The notes: generated from the sequence alone by a model not told the origin. A stretch of DNA of 64,000 nucleotides from a bacterium (GCA_021815445.1 JAKAGM010000001.1:3447-67446); one strand, 5' to 3'. Positions 46,773 to 56,343 are shown, counted from the stretch's first letter. Made by a program: numbers and translations.

Positions 46773-47663
46773 ATGAACACACGCACGATTTTCATCGGAA
46801 CTATCGGCACATTCCGCGTCGAGATCCCGGTTATAGAAATAGGCTCAGGAGAGCCGAAAGGTTTGATTGTGGCCGTTCAACACGGGGGTGAGCTAAGCCC
46901 GTTATGGATTATCAAAGAACTTATCAACGCTCCCCCACGTTCGGGCGCCATGACGCTAATTCCCGTAGCAAATCCATTCGGATTCGTGTTTGGGGAGCGA
47001 AATGAGGTCATCGAACAGAAAGATCCGAACCGCCAATATCCGGGGAGGGCAAGCGGTGATTTCTCAGCCAGGATCGCGGATAAAATTTTTTCCCTGGCAA
47101 AGGAGGCTGACTTCGTTGTCGACCTGCACACGTTTACGCGCCAAGCTCCATTCCTTGTCGGCTATGAACGGGGCGGGATATCAGACGGTAACGATGTGGA
47201 AAAACTCATCCAACTGCTAGGGCCGGATGTCGTATGGACGGTTGATGAAAAGCAAGGAGAGGATAGGCGGTTTGCCGGAAGTTTTGACGGCGCTCTGGGG
47301 CGGGAGGGCGTCCCGTCGGTATTCATTGAAATGCCGAACTACCAGATGATTTCACAGGATCTCATTGTCCGTATCGCTTCCGGTATCAGAAACGTATTCG
47401 AAGGGTACTCGTCGCCTTTTCAAAAAGGGAAGGAGATCAAAAGGTTCTCGGCAAAGTATCTGTACGCGGATGATGCTGGGATCTTTGATCCGACGGTGAA
47501 ACCGCTTGAAACAGTTGTTGCGGGACAGGAGATTGGCACGCTTTATCTTCTGCCAAATTTCAAAAAGCAAAAGGTGATCACGCCCATCGGAGGGACGGTA
47601 CTCACGGTAAAAGGAAAGGATGTGATAAGGACAGGGACAAAACTTGCCAGTATCGGAGTGTAA
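46773..47663 (+). CDS. Zinc-dependent deacylase/carboxypeptidase-like protein of the AstE/AspA (succinylglutamate desuccinylase/aspartoacylase, M14-like) family
   Basis: N-terminal VQHGGE (HGxE zinc ligands) and a later VVDLHT (second His ligand), with a C-terminal beta-rich domain typical of the family. Confidence 0.55.
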   Translation: MNTRTIFIGTIGTFRVEIPVIEIGSGEPKGLIVAVQHGGELSPLWIIKELINAPPRSGAMTLIPVANPFGFVFGERNEVIEQKDPNRQYPGRASGDFSARIADKIFSLAKEADFVVDLHTFTRQAPFLVGYERGGISDGNDVEKLIQLLGPDVVWTVDEKQGEDRRFAGSFDGALGREGVPSVFIEMPNYQMISQDLIVRIASGIRNVFEGYSSPFQKGKEIKRFSAKYLYADDAGIFDPTVKPLETVVAGQEIGTLYLLPNFKKQKVITPIGGTVLTVKGKDVIRTGTKLASIGV

Positions 47664-47714
47664 ACCGCACGAAACAGAAAACAACAGAGAACGTTCACAA
47701 TTCACGAAAGGGGA

Positions 47715-49097
47715 GTGGTCATGAGACCAACTCAAGAGCTGTTCAGCGATTTGCTGGCACAGGGATGCTCGTTTCGGTATCAGCCCGAGCGTTTCTGCGA
47801 ACTCGAAGGCGGAGGGCATCCGTATCCTTCACTCACACGTACAGTTTCCACACCTTCCGGCGACATGATCGAGGAGCTTATCCAGCCGGTGCTGCAACCG
47901 ATTGTCCTCGACCAACGTCTTGTCGCCAATGTACGGAAAGCTTCGGCGGCGTGGCCAACGTTTCTCGGGGTCCAACTCGAGCTTTTCCGCGCGGCGCAAA
48001 AAGGCGAGCTCAGCGGATCGGACGTCGCACTCATTAGGGGTATGTGCACCGAGCGGGAATGGAAGTGCGGACTCGTAGAGCCCGGCTACCGGACGATTCA
48101 CCCGTTTATCCGCCTGGACGCCGTGTTGACCGATGACGGTTTTAAAGTCATCGATATCAATTCGACGCGTCCGGCCGGCGTAGGGGACCTGCTCGGTTTC
48201 CACGTGGCGATGAACGGCAGTGATGGTTCGGGCATCAAACCGTTTCCCATCGGGTGCTCATTCAGCCGCATCGTGTCTTCGTGCGTGGGCGACTGGGCCT
48301 CGGCAAAACATCTGCCGGGCGAGTCGATTCCCGTTGATATTGTCGTGCGGCACACGGACGGTGACTGGAACAATTTCCGGAACCTGAGCCGCCAGCTGGC
48401 ACGTTCAGGCCTGAATACCCGGCTCATCGAACCAGATGAACTGAGGAGCGGAGAGCCAAGCGCCATTGTGCGGGGTCGCATCAAGGAAGGCGACCCGGCG
48501 TATGCCATCTTGCAGCAGGGTTACCCGAATGAGCGCTGCGTGATGTCTCCGCTCTATCGCCGTTTCCTCGGAAACAAAGTGTGGATGTATCTTTTCCGGA
48601 TTCCGCCGTTCTCCGAGCATTTCAAGCGGGTAATGGGCGAGGCATACCAGCTTTTTGACCGTCTGTTCCCGCCCATAGGGCTCTTTTCCGGCACCTCCGT
48701 TCGTTTCCCGGAAGGCTTCCTGGATATCGCGAAACTCGATCGGCAAGAATGGGTCCTCAAAGATCCGGCGAGCTCGTCAGGGCGCAGGATGTATCTCGGG
48801 TACCTGATGGGAAAGAAAAAATGGGCCGATGCGCTTGCGCAGATGCAGGACGGCTGGATCGTGCAGCGTTTCTACCGCGCGACCGAAAAACTTGCAGTTG
48901 CCGGTCCGTGTGGCGAGCCGATTGAAGAATCGCTCTTCACGAAGTACGGCATCTACATTTTCGGTTCGGAGCTTGCCGGACTGGAATTCAACGCCCGGAA
49001 AATGCCCGTTGTCCATGGTGCGCGGAATACATACTGCAACGCCGTGTACGAAACCGCAGGCCCCTCATCGTGCGCAGGAGAATTGGGGGCTCAATGA
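47715..49097 (+). CDS. ATP-grasp-type amidoligase resembling the glutathionylspermidine-synthetase / circularly-permuted ATP-grasp families
   Basis: C-terminal region WVLKDPASSSGRRMYLG...DGWIVQRFY...KYGIYIFGSELAGLEFNARKMPVVHGARNT resembles the W.LKP..GREG / ..G.W.V.G...G.G.RE...FxPH pattern of the GSP-synthetase ATP-grasp family. Family call from memory. Confidence 0.45.
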   Translation: MVMRPTQELFSDLLAQGCSFRYQPERFCELEGGGHPYPSLTRTVSTPSGDMIEELIQPVLQPIVLDQRLVANVRKASAAWPTFLGVQLELFRAAQKGELSGSDVALIRGMCTEREWKCGLVEPGYRTIHPFIRLDAVLTDDGFKVIDINSTRPAGVGDLLGFHVAMNGSDGSGIKPFPIGCSFSRIVSSCVGDWASAKHLPGESIPVDIVVRHTDGDWNNFRNLSRQLARSGLNTRLIEPDELRSGEPSAIVRGRIKEGDPAYAILQQGYPNERCVMSPLYRRFLGNKVWMYLFRIPPFSEHFKRVMGEAYQLFDRLFPPIGLFSGTSVRFPEGFLDIAKLDRQEWVLKDPASSSGRRMYLGYLMGKKKWADALAQMQDGWIVQRFYRATEKLAVAGPCGEPIEESLFTKYGIYIFGSELAGLEFNARKMPVVHGARNTYCNAVYETAGPSSCAGELGAQ

Positions 49098-49483
49098 TCC
49101 CCATGGTCAGCAAGTATTGGCTTGTCCGCGTTTGGGATATTAAAGATGTCCTGAGCGACTACGGGTTGACACCTGAGCAGACTGCGACTGTATGCGGTAC
49201 TATCGTGAACAACACGTGCATCCGCTTTACAATACAGTCGCAGTATCAGTGCGGAGTTGGCGAACCTCACGTAGTACCTTTTACCGGCGAGTACGTGGGT
49301 GTGTTTCCCGCCTTGATCCGATCGTCGCTCCTCGAGCACCATGTCATCCTCCGGCGATACAGGAGAATGATATTCCGACTCTGGAATCGGAAAGTCGCTA
49401 CTATGTATCTCGGGACGCTGGTGTGCGCGGAGCACTTTACGTACGTTAAGTCTATTCCCCTGGACTATTGGGGACCATGGTAA
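49094..49483 (+). CDS. Hypothetical small protein (about 130 aa) translationally coupled to the ATP-grasp gene (ATGA overlap)
   Basis: MIPMVSKYWLVRVWDIKDVLSDYGLTPEQTATVCGTIVNNTCIRFTIQSQYQCGVGEP...; no known motif. Confidence 0.35.
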   Translation: MIPMVSKYWLVRVWDIKDVLSDYGLTPEQTATVCGTIVNNTCIRFTIQSQYQCGVGEPHVVPFTGEYVGVFPALIRSSLLEHHVILRRYRRMIFRLWNRKVATMYLGTLVCAEHFTYVKSIPLDYWGPW

Positions 49484-49683
49484 CGCAAAGCAGAGTGGCA
49501 GTGGAACCTGATCGAAAGATTTGGGTCTGTAAGATCAGTAGGTTCCTCTGCACACTCTGCAGAATGCAGGCTAGGCGATCCGTCTCGGATTGTCAAGCCG
49601 ACAGGCAGAGCTTTTTTGAGCTATCTGCCTGTTTTTCTTGACAACTTTTTACACGCAGTATACAGTGCTCACAAACGCAGATT

Positions 49684-49740
49684 CCCCCCGTAGTGCAGTC
49701 TGGTAGCACGCTCGGTTCGGGACCGAGAAGTCGCTAGTTC
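49684..49740 (+). pseudogene. 5' fragment of a tRNA-Pro(CGG)-like gene (acceptor 5' strand, D-arm, anticodon arm, variable loop), truncated before the T-arm
   Basis: CCCCCCG-TA-GTGC-AGTCTGGTA-GCAC-G-CTCGG-TTCGGGA-CCGAG-AAGTC folds as tRNA positions 1-48, but no T-arm or 3' acceptor strand follows. It is flanked by a promoter-like TTGACA(49638)-15-TATACA and a downstream nested hairpin plus T-run (49744-49811). Confidence 0.5.
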
Positions 49741-49883
49741 TCCGCCACCTAAATATCCAAAGAGGCGGATCCGCCTCTGGCGGAAAATCCGGCTGGTGGC
49801 CCTCACTTTTTTCCCAATGATCGTTGCAGGACGGTCTTTTTTTCTTACCTCTTTCTCGATTCCTTGATATACTGTACACATCT

Positions 49884-51536
49884 ATGACGCTCAAAGGATT
49901 GATAGCGAGACAACTCACCAAAGATATTCTGGCGCTCTGGCCGGATGCTCGAGAAGCCCTCGAACAGGGTTCCTTTGTTGTTGATATCAGCTATCCGCCC
50001 GATTCGAAGTTCGGCCACTATACCACGAACATTGCCCTCCGGCTTAGCGCTGTTGCTAAAATGGCTCCCCAGGAGACTGCAAAAAAGATTGCTGATCGCT
50101 TCTCGCTTCCCGCTGTGCAAAAAACCGAGGTGGCGGGCCCCGGCTTCGTGAACTTTTTCCTCAAAGAATCCTGGCTTTCACGCCAGCCGGAAAAGATTAT
50201 CAAGGAAAAGAAAGCATTCGGTAAAAGCGTGCTCGGCAAAGGCCAGCGCGTTGACGTCGAGTTCATCTCAGCCAACCCCACGGGTCCGCTGACGCTCGGC
50301 AATGGCAGGGGAGCATTCATGGGCGATACATTGGCAAACGTTCTCTCGGCCGCAGGATATGTCGTGAAGCGGGATTATTATGTCAACGACATGGGCAACC
50401 AGGTCAATATCCTCGCAGAATCAGTCCTGCGCAGGTATTGGATTTCTCAGGGCATCCGCATGGAATATCCCGCATACTGTTATCAGGGGGAGTACATCGA
50501 CGATATAGCAAAAAGCCTCTACCTCCCAAATTACAATCTGGGGAAAACGTCGCTTTCCGACATTCGGGACAAGATCAAGGGGAGAATCCTCAAGCGAATG
50601 CTTGGCGGTATCCAACGTTTTGTCACGAAGCGGCTCGGGATCAAGTTCGATATGTGGTTTTCTGAACGGAGCCTCTATGTCTCGGGAAAAATGGACAAGA
50701 TGCTCGACACGCTCCGCTCGCTCGACCTCATTTTTGAGAAGGAAGATGCGATCTGGTTCCGTACGACTCAGTTCGGCGACGACAAAGACCGCGTATTGAT
50801 CCGCGCTAACAGCGAACCGACATATTTTCTCCCAGACATTGCCTACCATCACGATAAGTTCACCCGGAGGAAATTCAACAGAGTGATTAACTTCCTCGGC
50901 GCCGACCACGCGGGGTACGCGCCGAGACTGCAGGCGGCTATGAAGGCGCTCGGGCACGGCGGCAAGCTGGATATTATCGTATTCCAGCTCGTGAAGCTTA
51001 TCTCCGGCGGCAAGGAGGTCCGCATGTCGAAACGCAAAGGCATGTTTGTCACTTTCGAGGAGCTTATCGACGATGTGGGGCCTGATGCGGCGCGATACTT
51101 TTTCCTCATGCACGCGCCGAACACGCACATGGACTTCGATCTTGATTTAGCCAAGAAAAAAACGCAGGATAATCCCGTGTATTACGTCCAGTATGCTCAC
51201 GCGCGTATTTGTAGTATACTCAGGAATGCGAAAGGACTGCCGGTACTTCAAAAAGCAACGGTGGAAAGCAGCGTCCACCCAAGCCAGTTCAATCTGATGG
51301 TCAAACTTGCCCAGTGGCCTGAGATAGTCGAAGATATCGCCCAGACCTATGCGATGCACCAGCTGCCCACGTACGCGTATGAGCTTGCAACCCTTTTCCA
51401 TGAGTTTTATACTCATGTACGCGTGATTGACCAGGGTGCTGTAGCGAAAATGCCTTTTGAGCTTATCCAAGCAGCAAAAATCGTGCTCGCCAACGTGCTT
51501 ACCATGATGGGCATTTCAGCGCCTGAAAAAATGTAA
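49884..51536 (+). CDS. argS: Arginine--tRNA ligase
   Basis: Motifs SANPTGPLTLGNGRG (HIGH-region equivalent of ArgRS) and the Rossmann catalytic core; C-terminal anticodon-binding DALR-type domain. Confidence 0.85.
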   Translation: MTLKGLIARQLTKDILALWPDAREALEQGSFVVDISYPPDSKFGHYTTNIALRLSAVAKMAPQETAKKIADRFSLPAVQKTEVAGPGFVNFFLKESWLSRQPEKIIKEKKAFGKSVLGKGQRVDVEFISANPTGPLTLGNGRGAFMGDTLANVLSAAGYVVKRDYYVNDMGNQVNILAESVLRRYWISQGIRMEYPAYCYQGEYIDDIAKSLYLPNYNLGKTSLSDIRDKIKGRILKRMLGGIQRFVTKRLGIKFDMWFSERSLYVSGKMDKMLDTLRSLDLIFEKEDAIWFRTTQFGDDKDRVLIRANSEPTYFLPDIAYHHDKFTRRKFNRVINFLGADHAGYAPRLQAAMKALGHGGKLDIIVFQLVKLISGGKEVRMSKRKGMFVTFEELIDDVGPDAARYFFLMHAPNTHMDFDLDLAKKKTQDNPVYYVQYAHARICSILRNAKGLPVLQKATVESSVHPSQFNLMVKLAQWPEIVEDIAQTYAMHQLPTYAYELATLFHEFYTHVRVIDQGAVAKMPFELIQAAKIVLANVLTMMGISAPEKM

Positions 51537-51611
51537 ATAATCTGTAGGTGCAGAGCTTGCTCTGCGAGATGGCATTCAGGCGAGCAAGCTCGCCACCTAC
51601 GCGCCTATACT

Positions 51612-52751
51612 ATGAAAATAGGTATCGACAGCCGAACAATTCTGAATCCCGCATCCGGCGAGCGCGCCGGGGTGGGGCATTATACCTATTATTTAGTTAA
51701 AAACCTCCTCAAGATAGACACAAAGAACCAGTACGTGTTGTTTTTTGACTATCGCACGCAAAACACGAATGAGTTTCGCCAGAAGAACGTAATCATCCGC
51801 CACTTCCCGTTTTCGCAATACAAGTCATTCCTGCCTTTTGCGTATTCACACATGCTCATCTCAGCGTATCTGGTGAAATTCGGACTCGACGTGTACCATT
51901 CGCCGATCACCGCCTTGCCGCTGACCTATCCCCGGAAATCAGTCGTCACTGTCCACGACCTCGCTATTTACAAGAACCCGGGCTGGTTTCCTTCGCAGAT
52001 TTTTTCCACGAGACTCCTTGTCCCGCAGGCTTTGCGTAGCGCCGATAAGATTATCGCCGTGTCGGAGAGCACAAAAAAAGATCTCAAAGAACTCTTTAAC
52101 GTTTCAGACAAGAAAATCAGCGTGATATACGAGGGCGTCCGCGTCGAAAAGATACGCTTAAAGAAGCAGAAAGAAAACATTGCCAGGTTTAAGCTGGGCC
52201 CCAAGTTTATCCTTTTTATCGGCACGCTCGAACCGCGAAAAAATCTCGTGACACTTGTGCGTGCGTATAAGAAGCTCCTCACTTGGCACAAAGAATTTGT
52301 CAGGTACCCGCTGGTCATCGCCGGTCATCCCGCGTATAAATCGGAAGAGGTGTACGACGAAGTGAAGGAACTAAAGCTCGGCAAGCTCGTCAAGTTCATT
52401 GGATATATTACGCACAATGAGAAAGTAGACCTCCTCAAAGCGTGTTCCTGTTTCATTAATCCCTCAAGTTATGAGGGATTCGGACTGACGCTGGTCGAGG
52501 CAATGGCGCTGGGAGCTCCCGTCATCACGAGCGGCATTTCCTCAATGCCCGAGATTGTCGGCAAGGCCGGCGTGCTAATTGACCCTGAAAAAGAATACGA
52601 GATTGCCGCGGCGATGAAAGAAGTTCTTTCGAACACCCGTCTGCGGAGCAAGCTCAAAAAGCTCGGCATCGAGCAGGCGGCAAAGTTCTCTTGGGAAAAA
52701 TGCGCACGCCAGACACTCGCCGTCTACAAGGACGCGGGGAAGAAAAAGTAA
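51612..52751 (+). CDS. Glycosyltransferase family 4 (GT-B fold)
   Basis: EGFGLTLVEAMALGAPVITS (E-x7-E region) typical of GT4. Confidence 0.75.
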   Translation: MKIGIDSRTILNPASGERAGVGHYTYYLVKNLLKIDTKNQYVLFFDYRTQNTNEFRQKNVIIRHFPFSQYKSFLPFAYSHMLISAYLVKFGLDVYHSPITALPLTYPRKSVVTVHDLAIYKNPGWFPSQIFSTRLLVPQALRSADKIIAVSESTKKDLKELFNVSDKKISVIYEGVRVEKIRLKKQKENIARFKLGPKFILFIGTLEPRKNLVTLVRAYKKLLTWHKEFVRYPLVIAGHPAYKSEEVYDEVKELKLGKLVKFIGYITHNEKVDLLKACSCFINPSSYEGFGLTLVEAMALGAPVITSGISSMPEIVGKAGVLIDPEKEYEIAAAMKEVLSNTRLRSKLKKLGIEQAAKFSWEKCARQTLAVYKDAGKKK

Positions 52752-52847
52752 CTGGAATTGCGCAGGCGTGATGTTTAGTCCATTGTTCAAAAACTATGGG
52801 GTTAGTTTGGTATGGTATACTAGAAATAAGAGGATAAAAAACTTCCT

Positions 52848-53468
52848 ATGAGCGCCGACCAACTCAGGTCAACGTACAACACCATCGCAGCCGACTACCA
52901 CAAGGAACACATCACAGATGCCTGGAACAATGATTACATCGTGCTTTTTTGCTCGTTATTACCCGCAGGTGCGCATGTCCTTGACCTAGGGTGCGGGCCG
53001 GGCACTGACACGAGTACATTGGTGAATGCAGGGTTCAAGCTGGACGGATTTGACCTTTCAGATGAACTCTTAGCTATTGCGAGAACAAAAAATCCCTCCG
53101 TGGCATTTACACAGGGAGACATGCGCAAACTACCCTATACGCCAGGTATGTTTGATGGTGTTTTTGCTAAAGCATCGCTCCTCCATATCCCAAAGAAAGA
53201 ACTTCCTGCAGTCCTCCAAGAAATTTGGAGAGTCCTGAAGCCAGGTGGAATAGTGCAGATCTCGGTAAAGAAAGGAGAAGGGGAAAGCGAGCTCACCGAA
53301 GACGACTACGGGTATTCCTACACACGTTTTTTTGCCTACTGGACGAGTGAAGAAATGCGGTCAGCATTGAATCTTGCGGGGTTCAGCGTCGAACATGGCA
53401 CGGAGACTCCGATACCAGGCAAAAAGACTGTCTGGATCAAGCTGGTTGCTAGGAAAAAAGCGGGATAA
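52848..53468 (+). CDS. Class I SAM-dependent methyltransferase
   Basis: Motif I VLDLGCGPGTDT. Confidence 0.7.
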   Translation: MSADQLRSTYNTIAADYHKEHITDAWNNDYIVLFCSLLPAGAHVLDLGCGPGTDTSTLVNAGFKLDGFDLSDELLAIARTKNPSVAFTQGDMRKLPYTPGMFDGVFAKASLLHIPKKELPAVLQEIWRVLKPGGIVQISVKKGEGESELTEDDYGYSYTRFFAYWTSEEMRSALNLAGFSVEHGTETPIPGKKTVWIKLVARKKAG

Positions 53469-53469
53469 C

Positions 53470-54009
53470 ATGCTCACCATCATTTTCGAATCTCACGGTA
53501 CGACGTTAGACAATGAGGCCGGCCTTTCCTCGGGTATTTTTGACGTACAATTGTCTGAGCTTGGCAAACGCCAGGCGCGGGAGTTGGGCGACCGGTACCG
53601 CACCACCGACCTCGCCGCTGTCTATTGTTCAGATTTACAACGCTCGTATAAGACTGCCGAAATAGCGTTCAAAGGAAAGAGCATCCCTATCATCCATGAT
53701 GCGCGGCTCCGCGAGTGCGATTACGGAACGTTCACACGGCGTTCGGTCAAAGAGGTTGAAGCACTCAGGGGCGCTCATGTCCATAACCCGTTTCCCAATG
53801 GAGAAAGCTATGAACAGACGACGGCTCGAATGAAAGATTTCTTACGCGACGCGTTGCGCGCCTATGACGGCAAGACAGTCATGATTATCGGTCACCGGGC
53901 GACCCAGTACGGACTTGAACATTGGATTCGCCAAGTTCCTCTGGAAGAAGCTGTCATCGCGTCATGGAAGTGGCAACCTGGGTGGACGTATCAGCTTGAA
54001 GAAATTTAG
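53470..54009 (+). CDS. Histidine phosphatase superfamily (phosphoglycerate-mutase-like) protein with SHG in place of the canonical RHG
   Basis: MLTIIFESHGTTLDNEAG...; family fold conserved but catalytic-motif Arg replaced by Ser; ATG at 53470 overlaps the upstream stop. Confidence 0.5.
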   Translation: MLTIIFESHGTTLDNEAGLSSGIFDVQLSELGKRQARELGDRYRTTDLAAVYCSDLQRSYKTAEIAFKGKSIPIIHDARLRECDYGTFTRRSVKEVEALRGAHVHNPFPNGESYEQTTARMKDFLRDALRAYDGKTVMIIGHRATQYGLEHWIRQVPLEEAVIASWKWQPGWTYQLEEI

Positions 54010-54122
54010 CGCAGGCCCGCTTCGCCGGATTTCAGCGAGGCGAGCAGAGCCGCCTGCGCTACGTGGTTAAAATAACCGAGCGCGCCCGGCCCTGGGTGCG
54101 CGAGAAAAAATAAGGACAAGAC

Positions 54123-55112
54123 CTAGGAAATAGTTTTTACCAATAAATAGACAGCACCTCCGACGAGCGCGGCGCCGGGGATAGTAAGAAGCCAGGCCCA
54201 GACAATCCTCACCGTAATATCCCATCTCACCGCGGAGATCCGTTTTGCCGCGCCCACTCCGGAAATGGCGCCGGTGATGACGTGCGTCGTGCTGACCGGC
54301 GCGCCGAGAGCAGTGGCGACAAAAATGCTTATCGCGCTCGCGGTCTCGGCGCAGAATCCGTCTAGCGGCCGCAGCTTGGTAATTTTCTGTCCCATCGTTT
54401 TCACGATGCGCCAGCCTCCCGAGAGTGTACCGAGTGCGATAGCCGTGTGAGCACTGAGAACAACCCATAGCGGGACGTGGAAACTTTTGAGAAATCCAGC
54501 TGTGACAAGAAGGCTCGTGATGATACCCATGGTTTTTTGCGCATCATTCCCGCCGTGGCCTAAACTGTAGAGCGCGGCGGAAACCAGCTGGAATCGCCGG
54601 GACCATTTCGTGATGACCGCGGGACGCCTGTTCCGCACCATCCACATCGTGATAACCATAAAGAGGAGGCCCAGAACGAGGCCAATGCCCGGCGCCAGGA
54701 CAAGGAAAACCAGCGTTTTTATCCACCCGCTGGCAATAATAACGCCGAATCCGCCTTTTACGATAGCCGCTCCCGCGTATCCTCCTATCAACGCGTGGGA
54801 TGAGCTTGTCGGGAGCCCGAGATACCAGGTGAAAAGGTTCCAACTGATCGCGCCAAGGAGCCCGCCGAAGATGACCTTAGGCGTGACGAGGGAGATATCA
54901 ATAAGTCCCTTGCCTATTGTCGCCGCGACGGCAGTGCCGAAGATAAGAAAAGCGACGAAATTGAAAAATGCCGCCCACGCGACAGCCTGCCGGGGGGTGA
55001 GGACGCGCGTGGAGACAATTGTAGCTATCGAGTTCGCCGCATCGTGGAGGCCGTTTGTGTAATCAAACGCTAGCGCGATCAGGATGATGATGACCACGAA
55101 GATGAGGTTCAT
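54123..55112 (-). CDS. Inorganic phosphate transporter, PiT family
   Basis: Motif GLHDAANSIATIVSTRVL and its duplicated counterpart GGNDAQKTMGII; about 10 TM. Confidence 0.8.
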   Translation of the reverse strand: MNLIFVVIIILIALAFDYTNGLHDAANSIATIVSTRVLTPRQAVAWAAFFNFVAFLIFGTAVAATIGKGLIDISLVTPKVIFGGLLGAISWNLFTWYLGLPTSSSHALIGGYAGAAIVKGGFGVIIASGWIKTLVFLVLAPGIGLVLGLLFMVITMWMVRNRRPAVITKWSRRFQLVSAALYSLGHGGNDAQKTMGIITSLLVTAGFLKSFHVPLWVVLSAHTAIALGTLSGGWRIVKTMGQKITKLRPLDGFCAETASAISIFVATALGAPVSTTHVITGAISGVGAAKRISAVRWDITVRIVWAWLLTIPGAALVGGAVYLLVKTIS

Positions 55113-55128
55113 GCTCGTTGTCGCTCCG

Positions 55129-55755
55129 CTACGCTGTCTTAATTACGATGCCCTCAATAACGTTCGCCACATCCTCGCAGCGGTCTGACGCAATCTCGAG
55201 CCGACCGTAGATTTCTTTGAGCCTGATCAGGTCTTTCAACTGCTCTACCGTTTCCGCATGTTCAAAAAGGGAAGCTGTTGCAGACTGACAGATGAGGTCG
55301 GCCCGGTTTTCAAGCGTGTTGATCTCCTCGCAAAACGAGTGGACGTGTTCAAGCGTTTTGAGCCGGGCAATCGCCTCGTAAATCTGGCATACCGCCTTGT
55401 TGATTATCGTTACGAGTTCTACCAGCTGGGGTGTCGGCTCTTTGATGCCAAAAAAATTCAGTCTGCTCGCCACTCCCTCAATGCAGTCGAGCACATCGTC
55501 GAGTCCGCTGGCAAGCTCGTGGATATCTTCCCGGTCAAACGGGGTGATAAACGTTTCGCGCAGACGGGTAAAAATATCATGGGTGATGGCGTCCCCCTCG
55601 TGCTCGATGTGTTCGATTTTCCTATATTTTTTCTCGATGTCGACATAGTTGTTCACCATCTCGTCGAGCGCTTCAATCCCTTCTTTGACTTTATTCGCTT
55701 GCAATTTAAAAAGCTCAAAGAATTTTTCCTCCTTTGGCAAAAGATTAAATTTCAT
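55129..55755 (-). CDS. DUF47 / PhoU-like putative phosphate-transport regulator (pairs with PiT)
   Basis: Helical about 208-aa protein immediately upstream of the PiT gene in the canonical PiT-DUF47 arrangement. Confidence 0.6.
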   Translation of the reverse strand: MKFNLLPKEEKFFELFKLQANKVKEGIEALDEMVNNYVDIEKKYRKIEHIEHEGDAITHDIFTRLRETFITPFDREDIHELASGLDDVLDCIEGVASRLNFFGIKEPTPQLVELVTIINKAVCQIYEAIARLKTLEHVHSFCEEINTLENRADLICQSATASLFEHAETVEQLKDLIRLKEIYGRLEIASDRCEDVANVIEGIVIKTA

Positions 55756-55845
55756 AGGTGCCCGAGAATATTGAATAATTCTACATTCTTTATATCATAC
55801 TTTTTGACCTCAGGTCAAAGCAAAAAAAGAACCTCACCAGGAGGT

Positions 55846-56343
55846 TCATGGCCAAGGTTCGATGTGTTCGGGAAGCTCAGTAACTTCTTCGAGATGATAC
55901 CAGAGAATTGTTTTCTCGCTGGTATTGTCGAGATGAAAATGTCCGACGAATCGCTCACCGAGCAGGAGCATAGGCAGGAAGTAGCTGTCGTTCGACCACA
56001 TGTCCGGGTAAGGGATTCCGTCGAGGGAAAACCAGCCAGGAATCATCTCGTCGGTCTCGCGGGGTTCACCGGAGAATTCCCGGCTCGAGAACACGTGGAG
56101 CTCGACTTCGAGCGGACTCTCGGCGTAGGTGATGAGTACCACGCCGTGCTTTGTGAGATTCCGGGGGCGTATTCCGCTTTCGTCGAATGTCTCACGCACT
56201 GCTGTCTGTTCGATAGTCTCGCCGCTTTCATTGTGGCCTCCGTACCCCGTCCAGAGACCGGCTCCAAGGCGGACTTTCTTATGTCCCAGCAAAATGTGCG
56301 TCTCCGTGAGGAGGAAGCACAGTGTCATTGCAGTTGGCGGCAT
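55846..56343 (-). CDS. NUDIX hydrolase
   Basis: Nudix box GGHNESGETIEQTAVRETFDESGI (GX5EX7REUXEEXGU pattern). Confidence 0.75.
   Translation of the reverse strand: MPPTAMTLCFLLTETHILLGHKKVRLGAGLWTGYGGHNESGETIEQTAVRETFDESGIRPRNLTKHGVVLITYAESPLEVELHVFSSREFSGEPRETDEMIPGWFSLDGIPYPDMWSNDSYFLPMLLLGERFVGHFHLDNTSEKTILWYHLEEVTELPEHIEPWP

Noticed and set aside
49684-49760. Complete tRNA-Pro gene
   Set aside because: Positions 1-48 fold perfectly, but no T stem-loop (GGTTCGAATCC-like) or complementary 3' acceptor strand (CGGGGGG) follows. I therefore called it a fragment.
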